DNA from: Nageia nagi
Lineage: Eukaryota; Plantae; Pinophyta
NCBI GenBank assembly: GCA_050084985.1
Contig: JBITNC010000001.1
Span: 188,480,001-188,544,000 of the forward strand
DNA length: 64,000 bases
Direction of reading: 5' to 3'
The notes under the pieces were generated by a model. That model ran no database searches, was not told the DNA's origin, and was given only the letters and a program-made list of their open reading frames with translations. A program made the translations under genes and the position numbers. This document shows positions 27,701 to 40,814 of the stretch, piece by piece; positions within the stretch are counted from its first letter, which is position 1, and the number at the start of each line of letters is the position of its first letter.

Positions 27701-29735
27701 TACCCAAGCAACATTTATCAAGAAGAGTGGCTAAGTGGTTGATGTTATTGCAAGAGTTTAATAAAAAAATGGTAAAATAAAAATTTGTAAAAAGCCAAGC
27801 AATTGCAGATATTATTATAGAGTTTCCCCAAAATTATGGAATCATCATCCATGAAGATTTCCTTGATGATTATGATTAGTACACTCCACATTTGGAGTGT
27901 GGGCAACATGGAGGAGCACATCCATGCCATTATGGTGATTAGTGAGACATCCTAAACAAGTTTGTGTGTTTCATAGAGAATGAGCTTAAGGAATAGAAAT
28001 TATACTTTGATGATCAAAGTGCACCTATATACTAGGGATAGGTATTGTATTGGTTTCACCTACAAATAATGTTATCCCTATAGCATTTAAACTTGGATTT
28101 GAGTTCACTAACAATATGATCAAATATGAGGCATTAATCCTAGGTTTAAAAGTAGCTTCCCTTTTAGATATAAGAGAATTGCAAATATATGGTGATTCAC
28201 AACTTATTATTAACCAAGTTAATGATATATACGATATAAAATATGAGAAATTACGACCATACAAATTAATAGTTATTTATCTTCTTAATGAGTTTGATAG
28301 GTATACTATTAAGAATATTCCAAGAAAAAATAATAGGTATGCAGATGCAATGGTAAGTGTTGCCTCCTTAGCACCTATTGAGATAGAGAATGAGGATATG
28401 ATCCTCAAAATCAAAAAGCTAAGTACACCATCTTATGTGACTATAGTGAAATAAAGATATATTATGTTACTGAAGCAGGAACCTCTCCATTATGGTATGC
28501 TAATATTTACAATTACTTAAAAGATCAAACAATCCCATAACATTTTGATAAAAATGAGAAAATTAGACTAAAGAGGCTAGCTCTCAAATATATCATTATT
28601 GGTGAGTTACTATATAGAAAATCATTTTATGGGGCCTTGTTGAGATGTCTCACACATTATGAAACTGCATTAATACTAGAGCAAGCACATGAGGGACTAT
28701 ATGAGGGAAATTTCTTTGCAAAAAAATTATACACCAAGCTCTTGCGTATAAGATATTATTGGCCTTATATGGAAGAAGATTGTAAGAGCCATGCTAAAAG
28801 CTACCTTCAATGTCAAAAACATTCAAATTTGGAAAAAAAAACCAACATAAGAACTAAATATAATTATTTCACCATGGTATTTTGCAATTTGGGGCATAAC
28901 ATTTATTGGTTTAATCAATCCTCATTCAAGATATGGGTATAAATTTGTTATCACAACTACAAAATACACCACATAATGGGTAGAAGCTACTTCAATAAAG
29001 TCAATAACATAGGAAAAATAATCAAGTTCTTGATTGAAAATATCATAACAAGGTTTGGTGTCCCACAACAATTGATCATGGATAATGGGCCAAATTTCAA
29101 AGGTAAGGACGTGAAAAGCCTTTTGTAAAAAAATCATATTACTCAAAAGTTTTCTTCAATTTATTATCCTCAAGGAAATGGTCAAGTTGAAGCATCAAAA
29201 AAAATAATTAAAAGTACTTTGTCAAAAATATGGGATAAATATAAAAGAGATTGGCATGAGAAATTACCTTATGCACTTTGGCATATAGAACAAGTATTAG
29301 GACTATTACTAGGGAAACTCCTTTATAATTAGTTTATGGTGATGAGGCTATTGTAACACTAAAGTTAGAGATACCATCTTCAAGAATTTCATTACATGGA
29401 GACATACTAGATGAGGAAGTAAGAAAATATGGATTGCAGTAGTTAGAATCACTTGATGAAAAAAGAATTCATGTAATTAAAAATCAAAAAGCATATCATG
29501 CAAAGTTAAAGAGAGAATTTGGGAAAAAGATCAATCCAAAAATATTTCAAGTAGGAGACTTGGTGTTAAAAGAGAACATCAATAAGAAATCTATAAATGA
29601 TGAGGTAAAAGGAAAGTTTGAGCCAAATTGGATATGACCATATATTGTAGTTGAGGTTATAGACTGTCTTCAATGGATGGAAAAGAAGAATAAAACACCT
29701 TCGATATCATGCACCTGAAATGCTTCTATGCATGA
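24800..29735 (+). pseudogene. pol: Decayed Tat/Ogre-type Gypsy gag-pol with G-patch-like motif, RT, RNase H, additional archaeal-type RNase H and integrase
   Basis: G-patch-like KYKGGGLEKL ~25900; RT NACPKDNFPLPNID, MPFG, VHVDDILVKS; RH ERAIYYLSKTL, VAKWLMLLQEF; aRH TNNMIKYEALILGL..YGDSQLIINQV; INT HEG..YYWP, MDNGPNF, YYPQGNGQVEA, GKFEPNW. Confidence 0.92.
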
Positions 29736-29906
29736 GATAATGACTTCCTACCTCGTACCATCATGATGCATTAAAATGAGGTACATATACAATATTTTAC
29801 ATTTTTATTATAAAGTTCATTTCTATTATTTGTAAAGCATTAACATCATCCCTCTTCTTGTACAATGCACACTCTCTAAAAAAATAATACACACACACAC
29901 ACACAC

Positions 29907-31173
29907 TATGATGATCCAAATTAAAACTCAATCACTAACTAGCAATTTTGGACCATCAAGCCCCAACAATAGGTCTAGGGCATTAAATACAAGATAAAAA
30001 ACCCTCAAACATGCAAGGTTAGGGTTCAAACATCAATATTACACATTCAAATACCCAAAATGCTAATGTTTAGCATATGCAAGCTTACATCAATGAATAC
30101 AATATCAAAATGCCAATGTTTAGCTCATACATGCATAATCCAAATCCTAATACATTAAAGTACCATTGAATGATATACAAGTACATACAAACAATGAGAT
30201 CCAACACATGCACAAGTATGAGACAATACAACAAAATAATGAGATCTAAAGTCCTCTGGCTATATATGAATGATGTATAATGAATGTGATACAATACTAA
30301 TCCCAATGGATAGTTGTTGACCTTCAAAGAGCCAACTAGGGCACAACAATCTGATATCTCCAATCTTGGACAATTATGGAACCACACAATGAATTCACCC
30401 CCTCAGACCTCAAATCCTCTCCATTGAAGGATCCCTCCTTGAACTTTGGATTACCTAATAAATGGTAGAAGTAAACCATTAGAATATAATCAGATGGGCA
30501 AAGGTGCTCCACCAATGTCGTAGATAATTAGGATCCCAATGCCTGACTACCCTTTAGATGCTCTGCATAGGAATTAAATGCTTAGCACTGTTAAGACTTT
30601 ATTTTTGAAGGATTGTAGTGGAAGTGATGATCAATAATGGCTAACCAATAATGAATCTCCAATGTCTATTTATACATTACTTATGTCTGAATTTCACTTA
30701 GGAGTCATCTTAAGCCCATCTAATCCAACATTGGGTATTTGGGGGACCCATTCACTTAAAGTGCCAATGTGGGGATCATGATCACTCATAATGCCAACAT
30801 GGGGGTCATGATCACTAATAATACTAATGTGGATTCTCTATCAATTAAAGTGCCAACATGGGGTTCCTAGAGTCCTCATGAGCCAACGTGGGGGTATGGG
30901 ATCCTCTCTAGTGTGGCACTAGCATGTTGGTTGTTATCCATTATCCTAATGTATAAATGTACCTTAGGATTCCCACAATCCAAGATCTCCAATGGAATGC
31001 ATGCCTAATCTACTACTTAGGAGAGATATGTCTTACTTGGGACTCACAATGGGATCCACTTGACCCATTAAGTCTCCTATCCTAAGTTACATAATGCAAG
31101 TGCAACTACATCAAATAAGTATAGTACAAGATAACCAAATTGGTCCTACTAAAATTATAAGGGGGATGCCACA
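29907..31173 (-). mobile_element. Solo LTR inserted in a (CA)n tract
   Basis: Right end GGGGGATGCCACA (TGTGGCATCCCC on -), left end TATGATGA; CACAC on both sides; ~30-bp GCCAAYRTGGGG tandem repeats at 30730-30930. Orientation inferred. Confidence 0.65.
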
Positions 31174-31989
31174 CACACACATGATTATGCTTACAACCAT
31201 AAAAACATAATATTTATGGACCATGGACATATACGCAAGATCATCGATGGCCATCGATATGACTAGTGAGAGTTCACTCACTTAAAAGAAAATTAGTGAT
31301 ACAACCATTAATGAGGATGTTAGCATTGGATCATACTCACTTAAAAGAAAACTAGAGGTAGTGAGTAAGTCCTTGCAAGTAGACCATAATATCAAATGCA
31401 TGGTATGCTCATGTAGAGCCTGGATTAGAGTGAGAAGCTAACCAACTCAGCCTAAGCTAGTTTTATGTTTTCTATGGTGGTTAGAGGTCAAGGAAGATTG
31501 GTTATAAATATGGTTGACTTAGTATAATTCCATATGGGGTTTTGAGAAACTTCAGATGACTTAGTGAAGACTATGATGAATGTGATATAGGATGCAGGTT
31601 TGGAGTGAGGCAACTCGAATAATAAATAATTTGAGGTCCCTCCACCCCCATTTGCTTCTAAATAATCCAATTATGGTCAACAACACAAAGAGTGTTTATC
31701 TTGTTATTGGGAATTTGCAAAGGATGAGGTTAAAGAAGACCTATGATGCTCAAAGAAAGATCAACAAACCCAAGCAACTAAGAATATTAAAATCAAGTCC
31801 CTTGTGCAGACTCTTGAGGAAGAGAATCAAGTGTGTTACTATGCAATAAAAATATGAAATGGAAAAATGTGGACTTGATAAATTGGGTCTTCGATCTTGA
31901 GGAAGAATTTGGTGGGTGAATCAATTTGTGCAAAATTTGATAATAGATATGGGTATCTTGAAACATACATTTGTTGACTCCACAGGAGT

Positions 31990-32900
31990 GCCTATTGGTC
32001 ATGCAAGAGGATCAAAGCCAAGAGAAACAACACCATTTTTAGGAGGATGTGAGGAGAGGTTGTTAGAGAACTTCATATGGGAAGTGGAGTACAACCTGTC
32101 TTGCCTCCTCCTTGAAGTGATGCAAAGTAGGTGAAGTTGGTGGTAATTGATTACTTAGATAGTGAGGCAAAATTATGGTGGAGAATGTGAGAGTCTAACA
32201 CTAAAAAGGGTATCACACAAGAATCATGGGAGAAGTTGAAGAAGTTATTGAGGGATTGATTATGTCCTAAGAATGCCATAATGATGGCTTGTACAAAGCT
32301 AAAGGAGTTAAGGAACATGAGTACTATCAAGGACTATATAAAGAACTACCTGTCTCTAATGTTGGAGATTCCAATCATGGATGAAGAAGATAAGATATGG
32401 CACTTTATGGAAGGATTGCAGCCATGGGCTATGAAAGAGCTCAATCAAAGGGATGTTGAAACTTTAGAGCAAGTGATTCAAGTAGCAAATAAGTTGGTTG
32501 ACTATAGTGAAGGGGGTTTGAGTGAGGATGATCAGGATAAGGTTAAGGGTGAAATAGGTGAGATTAGACATTTTCTTAGGGTTTCAACTATTCTAAGTGA
32601 GGGAGATAACAAGGATCAGCATGAAGGATTCATTGAGAGGGAGATAGGAGTGATAAAAGAAGAAGAGGAGGTGATGGTAGAAGCGATAATAGAGGAGGTG
32701 GAAGAAGTGATAAAATACATGATATGAGAAGTGATAGGGGGCATGATAAGCAAGATAAGAGGAAGAGAGGACACTAAGGAGAAGAGTCTCAATGTTCGAA
32801 CAAATCACAAAAGATCAAGTTTATCAAATGACTTAAGAGATGATGTTATGTTTGTAGTAGTAAAGATCATATTGCCAAAGAGTGCCTAGATAAGCATCAC
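31990..32900 (+). pseudogene. gag: Gypsy gag remnant (Galadriel-like) with zinc knuckle
   Basis: LENFIWEVE, KLKELRNMSTIKDY..LMLEIP.MDEEDK..FMEGLQPWA.KEL; CYVCSSKDHIAKEC at ~32845-32886. Confidence 0.85.
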
Positions 32901-34004
32901 CTTAACTTTATCACTCCTAATTCATAGGAGTTCTGCATGGTGGAACATCGAGAAGTAGTGGGAAGGATGTGTATGGCCTATTGGGACTTCCTACCTTGAC
33001 AGGATGGAGCTGAACAAATCATCCCTCCCATATTTTATGTGGGCAAGGGTTGAAGGATCACATAGTATTCTAATGCACCTACCTTTCCTAAAGAATATTT
33101 GTTTGGCCAAATAGAAGCAATTAAAGTAGAATTGTTTTGCATTATAAAATAAGAAAGCAAATATTACCTTTGAATAAGTTTGCAAAATACTATTTTTGAT
33201 ATAAAGAAGATTTTCTAATCCTAATTGTTGCAATTCTCTTAGATTATTATTTCATATCTTTTAACTTCTGTTTAAAGTTATAATTGATATGATTATGAAT
33301 CATTTCAAATTAATATTTTAAAATTAAAAAAATGAAATCTCATATTTAAAAATATTATATAATATTTTTTATATCTTTTAATATTATTATCCCTCAACCA
33401 AACCTAAAATTTGGTCAAATCCTAACCATTTCCAAAATATGCCTCCTATAATCCCATCGTCTCCATCCTTTAGAACCTTGTCATCCTTGTCCCTTCAAAC
33501 TGCATCATCCTTGTTCCTTCCCTGAAACTTTGAGGAACTTAGCACTAAAGACACTATACTAGTGAATTGGTATATACTTTTTTAGCCTCCTAAAATATTT
33601 CTTTGATGGATTGGCATATACATAATTAAAATAATATTGGTAGACTAGGATATTCATTTAACTAGGATATATCGAGTAGTTTGTGAGAAAACCATCTTTA
33701 GTGGACTAGGACACACACTAGACCCATTCATAATACATCATTATCAACGAAGAACGATACACAAAACTACTCACAAAATATCATTATCAATGAATAATGA
33801 TACACACAACTAGTCACAAGATAATTACTAGTAAATTAGAATGCACTACAATTCCACTAGAAAAATCATCATTACTAAATTGGGACACATACTTCAGGCA
33901 TAATTTAAAGATTCACTTGATAGTTTCCAATAAAAGGTATCATTATCATTAAACTTTACAATGAACATGGCAATTGAAGAACCCAATTTTTTCTAATGCT
34001 TTGG

Positions 34005-34300
34005 TATCATTTCACTTGAAGAATTGTAATCAACATTTTAGATCATCTCACCTAAAAACTATAGTTAACAACCCACTCTCTATTTCCACTCTTCAAAATT
34101 GGAAAGTTTAAAGGAAGGAAGAATGACGATATGAAATTTTTTTAATTTTTTGAAATCTTGGGATCATCATACTTGAAGAATTGTGATAAATTTCTAAATC
34201 ATATCTTCTAAAAACTATAATCAACAGCTCCCCTTCCTTGCTCACTCTTCAAAATGTTAGAGTTTGGAGGATGGAAGAATGATGATATGAAAAATTTTAG
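34005..34300 (+). repeat. Diverged ~157-bp tandem duplication
   Basis: ACTTGAAGAATTGT..CTAAAAACTATA..CACTCTTCAAAAT..GGAAGAATGAYGATATGAAA occurs twice. Confidence 0.75.
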
Positions 34301-34649
34301 AGAAAAAATCTGCAAGTTATTAGGATCGTACCTTGTGTAGTTTGTATCAATAATTGCAAAAACCACTTAAGACATAAAGATATGTGCTCCATAATAGCAT
34401 AATTGTGGAGTCGAATTATGATCTAGGCATCACTTAATGGAGTTGTACCATACGTTGATGTTTCTTTAATACCTTGAAGCCACATCCCACTAGCCATTTG
34501 CTAGAAAAGAAAATACCTTTTTTATATAAAATATATATGCAACATGTTATTACCAAAATCTCCTTTCTTAATTTGAATGGTATATGTCAAATACTTGTAT
34601 ATAAAGACTATAAATATCATACCATAATGATTGTAGCATATTGCACCTT

Positions 34650-34990
34650 TGAATTATTTGTCAAGATAGGAAGCCAACATCGAGCCATAGTTGCTCACAT
34701 GTAACACTCTTCTACATGAAATTTCTTGTCCAAATGTTTTACATAGAAAGAACTTTAAAAAATGATTATCTTAGGACCATCCATGTCCAAATTACTACTT
34801 TTGTTCTTAGTAGAAGCTAAGAATGCAATCTTATACAACTACAAGCATGTTGTGAATGGATTTAGTTTGCCAAACTTATTCAAGAGCAAGTCAAAGTTCT
34901 TTCAAAACAACTAAGTGTTCCTTAGATTATTCCAAGTAAGATGTAAACACCACATAAGGTCCATCGATGTCTACTAAATGAATTATGATT
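34650..34990 (-). pseudogene. Possible hAT transposase remnant
   Basis: Minus-strand DIDGPYVV, KLNPFTT and RCWL resemble the hAT TDGA / NPF..HC..H / RW motifs in the expected order; very degenerate. Confidence 0.3.
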
Positions 34991-35031
34991 GCCTTCTTAT
35001 GAATTCTACATAATCTCTAATATAATAAATA

Positions 35032-35728
35032 GAATAACTTACCAAAATATCCCTATAAGTTTATGAAATTACCAAAATACCCTTTAATATATAAAATAAT
35101 GATTGCAATATTTCATTCTATTTATTTATTATTTAGAAAATCAAATACTTTTAATTTATTGTAATAAAAATTCATTGCAAAATTCACATCTTACATACCT
35201 ATTGAATCTAAAAGACTATCATATCATATTAACATACATTTCTTTAAAGAACTATAATTTAAAAAAAATATTTTATTTATTTATTATTCAAACAATAACA
35301 TACCTCTCCAATTTTTCTAATTCACATAAGAATTAAATTTATTTCAATTGATATAAGAATATTTATTTATTTCATTTAAAAAATATTTTATAAATTTATT
35401 GGAACATTTTTACGTAGTTAAAAAAATTACTAAAAATTAGCTTAAAAAAAATTAAACAAATTAAATGAAGTGTTAAACACTTAAAGTTTTTTTCTTCATT
35501 ATTTTATTTTTTATAAAAGTATTAAAATATTTTTTAATTTTTAATTCATAAATTTTACAGATATTTTTGTAATTTTCATGAACTTGTATAGATATTTTTA
35601 TAATTTCTAAAGATTGAAAGACATTTTAGTAATTTTATGAATTTATAAGAATATTTTAATAAGTTTTAACAATTGAAGAGTATTTTGGTAATTTCATGAC
35701 CTTACAAAAATATTTTGATAAATTCCTT
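35032..35728. mobile_element. Mutator-like MITE upstream of RPS15a
   Basis: ~50-bp terminal inverted repeats (AACTTACCAAAATATCCCTATAAGTTTATGAAATTACCAAAATAC vs GTATTTTGGTAATTTCATGACCTTACAAAAATATTTTGATAAATT); 9-bp TSD TAATAAATA at 35023-35031 and 35729-35737. Confidence 0.8.
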
Positions 35729-35916
35729 TAATAAATATACCAATAATAATATTTCTATTTAAATCTAAATATATAAAACTTTAAAATAATAAAATCAAGT
35801 ACAAAAAATAATTTATTTTTACATGAATAAATTATTCATCATTTATTATCTTAATAAATTATGAAAAACTACAAAACGAATACTTTCAACTTTAAATTAT
35901 TAAATTTCCAATTCAC

Positions 35917-35951
<35 letters not shown>

Positions 35952-36170
35952 AAAAGACAAATCTAAACCAAAATATCTATCGTCAATATATATATTAAAA
36001 AAAAAAAAACGTACACATTGCACAAAGTTGCAATTACTATTATAATATTGTTATATAAGCTCGAGGGCATAAGAGAGGAGAACAGGAAGTATATCCACGG
36101 GAAAGGAGTTACAATTTTTTGAATTCTGATTTCTGACCGTCGAGATACAGATTGCTCGGATAAGCAAGTC

Positions 36171-36300
36171 ATGGGGCGTAGGATTTTGAACGAGGCATTG
36201 AGGAAGATGGTGAATGCCGAAAGGAGAGGCTTTGGGAAAGTTGAGCTTCAACCCGTCTCCATTATGATGGCGAATTTTATCAATGTCATGAAGTATAGAG
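36171..36300 (+). CDS. RPS15A: Type II ribosomal protein S15a (uS8, mitoribosome-type), exon 1
   Basis: MGRRILNEALRKMVNAERRG..VELQPVS..MKYR; 130 nt, GT donor at 36301. Confidence 0.95.
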
Positions 36301-36344
36301 GTATTGTTTTTCCTTTACCAGAAGATGTAGGAAGTCCAAAAACT

Positions 36345-38189
36345 TTACGACTATGAAGCAACACTTGAAAAATGATTCATACAACCCTTATGTGCAATTT
36401 GCAAGCTTTTCAAATTGTGTGTGATATTCCATCATTGATGTGGTTTGATACAATTTGGTGAGAGCTCCTCTAAAGTCTTCAAAGTCACTTAGATCAAACC
36501 TAACCAATAAATTCTTTGTGAATTCTCCCAAGTAGGTGTTCCATTAGTCTTTTCATACCATTGGATGGCATCTTGCTCAAGATGAAATGAGGCAATATTG
36601 ACTTTTTACCCCTCAGTAACCTAGTTCAATGAGAAATATTGTTCCTCCCGATAAATCCAACTGTTTGGATCCCCTCCAAAATTGGGAAAATCTAACTTAG
36701 TTGTCTTGAAAGAATTAATGCTCGCTGGGCCCTAAGACGCATTTGTGGTGTTTGTCTTGAAGATTGTCTTCTTGGAACTTGTTGCTACAATTGATTGTGC
36801 AATTTGTTGTATTTGTATTAGGTTTTTGTGCAAAGTGTCATATTTAGCATTCAATCTAGCCATCCTTGTCTCCATATCTTGAAAAACATGATTGAGGTTA
36901 ACTTGATAAAGCATCTTCTTGAGTTGTCTGATATGATGGTCCAATTTTTCTAAGTCGGGGTCTTGAGATCTTCCTTCCTTGGTCCATTTGTATGGTATAG
37001 AGGTTGCCTAAAATATGTGTACTAGTGCTACATGTCAAAATGATCGCCTTAGTGAGATGGTCACAATGCGCTAGGTCTCAAATTGACAAATTTTGACTTC
37101 CAAAAAATGTATATGGGTGATATATATCAAAATGATCATCTTGACAAGATGGTTTCAATGGGGCTATGTCTCAAAATGATTTTTGCTACATTTATAATCT
37201 TGAATTCCCCTCTATTTTTTTGAAAAAAGTTACTAACCTCTTAACTATGAATTGTCATTACAAGTTCTTTGCTATCGACACTCTTTCGAGGGAGAGCTCT
37301 TGTAGTTTACAAAGCTCCCGAATGTGAAGCAAAAAAAATATTCTCTTTCAGTATTGACAATTTTGCTAGGGATAACACTTATTGTTTAAAAAACTCCCAA
37401 ATAAAATCCTCTTTCGCTTTCAACACTTTTGCTAGTGCTAATCTTGTGGTCTTCAAAAATTCCAACTGTGAAACTGAAAATGACACTAAGGCAGAAAACC
37501 TCCATTGTGTGTTTCTCAAACCCTAGTGATGAGGTATCCAAAAGATGCCAAAAATAGGATACTCCAATTCAAAAGTTCTCAATCATAATTTATTTTTTCA
37601 AAAATTGCTAGTTGCTCAAAATTGCTTCAAGGAGAGCCACAAAAATATTAGGGTTACAAAGTTGCCTACAATTCTACCTCTATGAAAACAATATGCAACT
37701 CGTTCCACAATCGTGAAATCCGTCCACAATCATAAATTTGCTTCACAACTTGTAAGAGAAAAACCCTGCAAATTTACCTACAGGTGGCCAAGATCAAGCT
37801 TTGATACCAAATCTTACGAACTTGAAAATACAAAATGAGAAATACGACATAGAATGGCGAATGAACTTCTATTTATCAACAAAACAGCAAGACTATTTGT
37901 TTAAGAATTGTAGGCCACATTGAGGGGACTACCTCCTTACAAACTGAAATGCAAATACTTTTTCCTAGATACCATCTCCTTCCCTTCTATGCATATTTAT
38001 AGCAATACTACCTTAACTTTAGCTTAAATTAATCTAATGACTTACAAGGGCCGATGCTTCAAAATATTTGAGCATTACAAAATGGTGGTTCACCTTAGAA
38101 AACTAATATGGTGGTTCATATTATAAGCCGATATATCAATTAACTATACTATTAATAATAATTATATGTCAGGATGTGGGTTCCTAATA
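36345..38189 (-). mobile_element. Truncated chromovirus (LTR, PBS, gag) antisense in RPS15a intron 1
   Basis: LTR 37812-38189 starts TATTAGGAACCCACATCCTGACA on -, like the 16325 LTR; PBS TGGTATCAAAGC at 37798-37809; gag TTKLDFPNF..KVNIASFHLEQDAIQW at ~36550-36710. Confidence 0.85.
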
Positions 38190-38744
38190 TTGGTGGTGGA
38201 TGCATTGTCTAGAATGTATGAGGAATATGTATCTCAATATGTAATATCATCCTTGGAACCAACATGGATAGAGAAAATTTGAAAGAAATTGAAAAAGACT
38301 CAATTATATGAATTAAACAACATTGGCAAGGAACCTAAGGCTTTAAAAATTTCAATGGTAAAATAAGATTCTCAAAGTAAAAAACATGATATATTTGGGC
38401 AAACTTTGAAATGCACATGCATCTCCTTCAGTATGATACTGAGGATTCTTCAAAGTCTATCATAGAGTAAGTTGGTACAATTTGAACATCATGTACTTCT
38501 TAAGGAGCCATGGCACTTGAGACTGACTTTTTAAGCCATCATAACATCGCCCTTCCACACATGTCCTATAGCGAACTGAAATGATTGGGTTACTCTTTTT
38601 TTGTTTTTACATTGGGGAATCGGTAACTAGTTACAATTTTATTTGTCTCATCATAGGTTCAAATCCTGCTCCTGCTGCGATCATAACCTCCAGCTGCACC
38701 AGATAAATATTCTAATGTAGCTGATGATGCTGACTCAACATGCC

Positions 38745-38850
38745 ATCTGGTTCTATGAGACCTGGAGGATTTTAACCTGGGTCACTACCTCTTCATGGCA
38801 TGGGTTCACCTCTAGGCCAGGCCCTTAGGCCTAAGTGGATTACCCTTTCA
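38745..38850 (-). mobile_element. Possible tRNA-derived SINE head
   Basis: On -: A-box-like TGGCCTAGAGG followed ~30 nt later by B-box-like GGTTAAAATCC. Confidence 0.45.
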
Positions 38851-39966
38851 GAAGTTGCAACACCAGCAATAACTGACATCCTTTAGTTCATATGACAGCA
38901 CTTGGGAGCAGCTTGCATTGTGCTAGCATTTTTAACGCATGCATTGTTGTAGTCAACATCTCTTATTACCAAAAGCCATTCAGTAATTCCTCCATTGTGC
39001 CCTCTCTGATGTTGGAATCGGACAAAGCTAAAGAAAAGGTGGCTTGTATTTGAGCGAGCCTTATTCTCAACATGAGCAAAATTTATGCAAATTGAAGTTG
39101 GTTGTAACCAACCAACCCCTCTAATTACCGATGTGTTCCACCAACAACACTTTTACCTAACCTACTGTAATATATTACATCGAATGATGTAATATTAATA
39201 AATTAACATTTCCATTGTGTCAAATATATAATATCAGTTTTGGAGAAGGCCTTCTGAAATAGCTGCAAAGTGCCATACCAAACTATCCACATGCAGCTAA
39301 TATGATATTTTTTGTCTTATTATGCATGAAATAGTTTGACTACATACGCACAAAAGAACATAGTATAGAGTTTGAGCTTGTAGCCAGGTATATTTTTTTG
39401 AGAAAGATTTACTCTGCTCCACAAAAGCAGGCTATTCATTTTTGAAATTATTCAAATGTTCGTAAAAATTGACCAAATGCTGCTCTAAATTGCTTGAACG
39501 GATTAATCAATGCATGCATCACTATGCAGCCTTCATGTTAGACTTCCAGGGAGGTACACTGATTTTATAGGCTTCTGTTTCACAAACCATGTGCTGCCAG
39601 GCATTGTCTGGATTTGTGGTTCCTAATTCAGCTACCATCATGATTTGGTGTGTTATCAGGCTCGTATTGAATTGGTGAAATATTTATAGGGTCTGTTATT
39701 GCCTTCATCATTGATCACAGTATGAGTTTGGCCTAATTTGCAGATATTGCCTATTACTCCATGCATCATTTTATACATTACAAAGGGAATCTGTATAGAA
39801 AAGGATTCAGGGAGAACCTGCAAATGGTACCTTGAGTATCACTGCAAATATAGCCTGAACTACTTGTATGTGTTTTTAAGTCGAGTCATAATAAATAGTT
39901 ATAGATGGTTTGGGCCAATGTGGCTAATTCATCACTCAGTAAGATATTCTCTTATCTATTTTGCAG

Positions 39967-40127
39967 GGTATATCAAAGACTTCGAAGTATTTGATATAAA
40001 CAGAAAGGGTAGAATTACTGTAGAACTGAATGGAAGGATCAAGGACTGCAAAGCTCTTACATACAGGCAAGACATAAAGCTTAAAGATATTGAGAGCTAC
40101 AAATCCTCTATACTTCCTACACGACAG
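39967..40127 (+). CDS. RPS15A: Type II RPS15a, exon 2
   Basis: TTGCAG acceptor; GYIKDF..GRITVELNGRIKDCKALTYRQD..LPTRQ; phase fits exon 1 (130+161=291 nt); GTATGA donor. Confidence 0.97.
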
Positions 40128-40814
40128 GTATGAATGTAATGCTATTACTCTAGGAATGTGGTTAACACTTTGGTTGGCTTGCTTGATAGAATCTGCTGCT
40201 TGGTCTTTTTTTTCATCTTGCTGAGATTGTGAGTGCGAATCCTCTGGCATGTTGATTTTGTGGCTGTTTAATAGGAATACAAATTATACTAGTGCAAGTT
40301 ATTATTGACATTTATGGAAAGGAAACTAAGGTAAATTCTATTTATATAGATGTTCTTCAAGCATTTACTCTTTTTAACTGATTGCATCAACTGATGGTTA
40401 CAAGGAATGATGTTAAAAACTTAAAACATCAACAAGATAAAAGAGTAACATCAACAAGATAGAAGAGTGATGAACAATTGTGAGAGAAGTATTTCTAAAC
40501 TCTGCAGATAGCTCTAGAGGAGGAATATAGCTATATCTCAAATTTATTTTGAAAACTAGTATTGTTCCTGAATCCTAACCATTGTCTCTAGCTTCATAAT
40601 GCAATATGGGATTCAGTAAGAAGAAAGTTTGATTTCGATAAGGCATTTTATTAGTGCCACAAATTAAAACAATGTATATGATCATGTCATTATGAGTGGT
40701 GGAACAATGTATATTCGTATTTAAAAATGTTGTTATCTAATGTGTTTTGTATATGGTGTTGGTCTAGTTTTGCCTAGTAGACTCCCTTTGTGTGCATTTC
40801 ATGTGGACCTTATA

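Noticed and set aside
38640-38680. tRNA gene
   Set aside because: Only a T-arm/B-box motif; no cloverleaf could be built.
39738-39966. N-terminal part of the 131-aa ORF as coding sequence
   Set aside because: Intronic read-through; homology and splice phase start at 39967.
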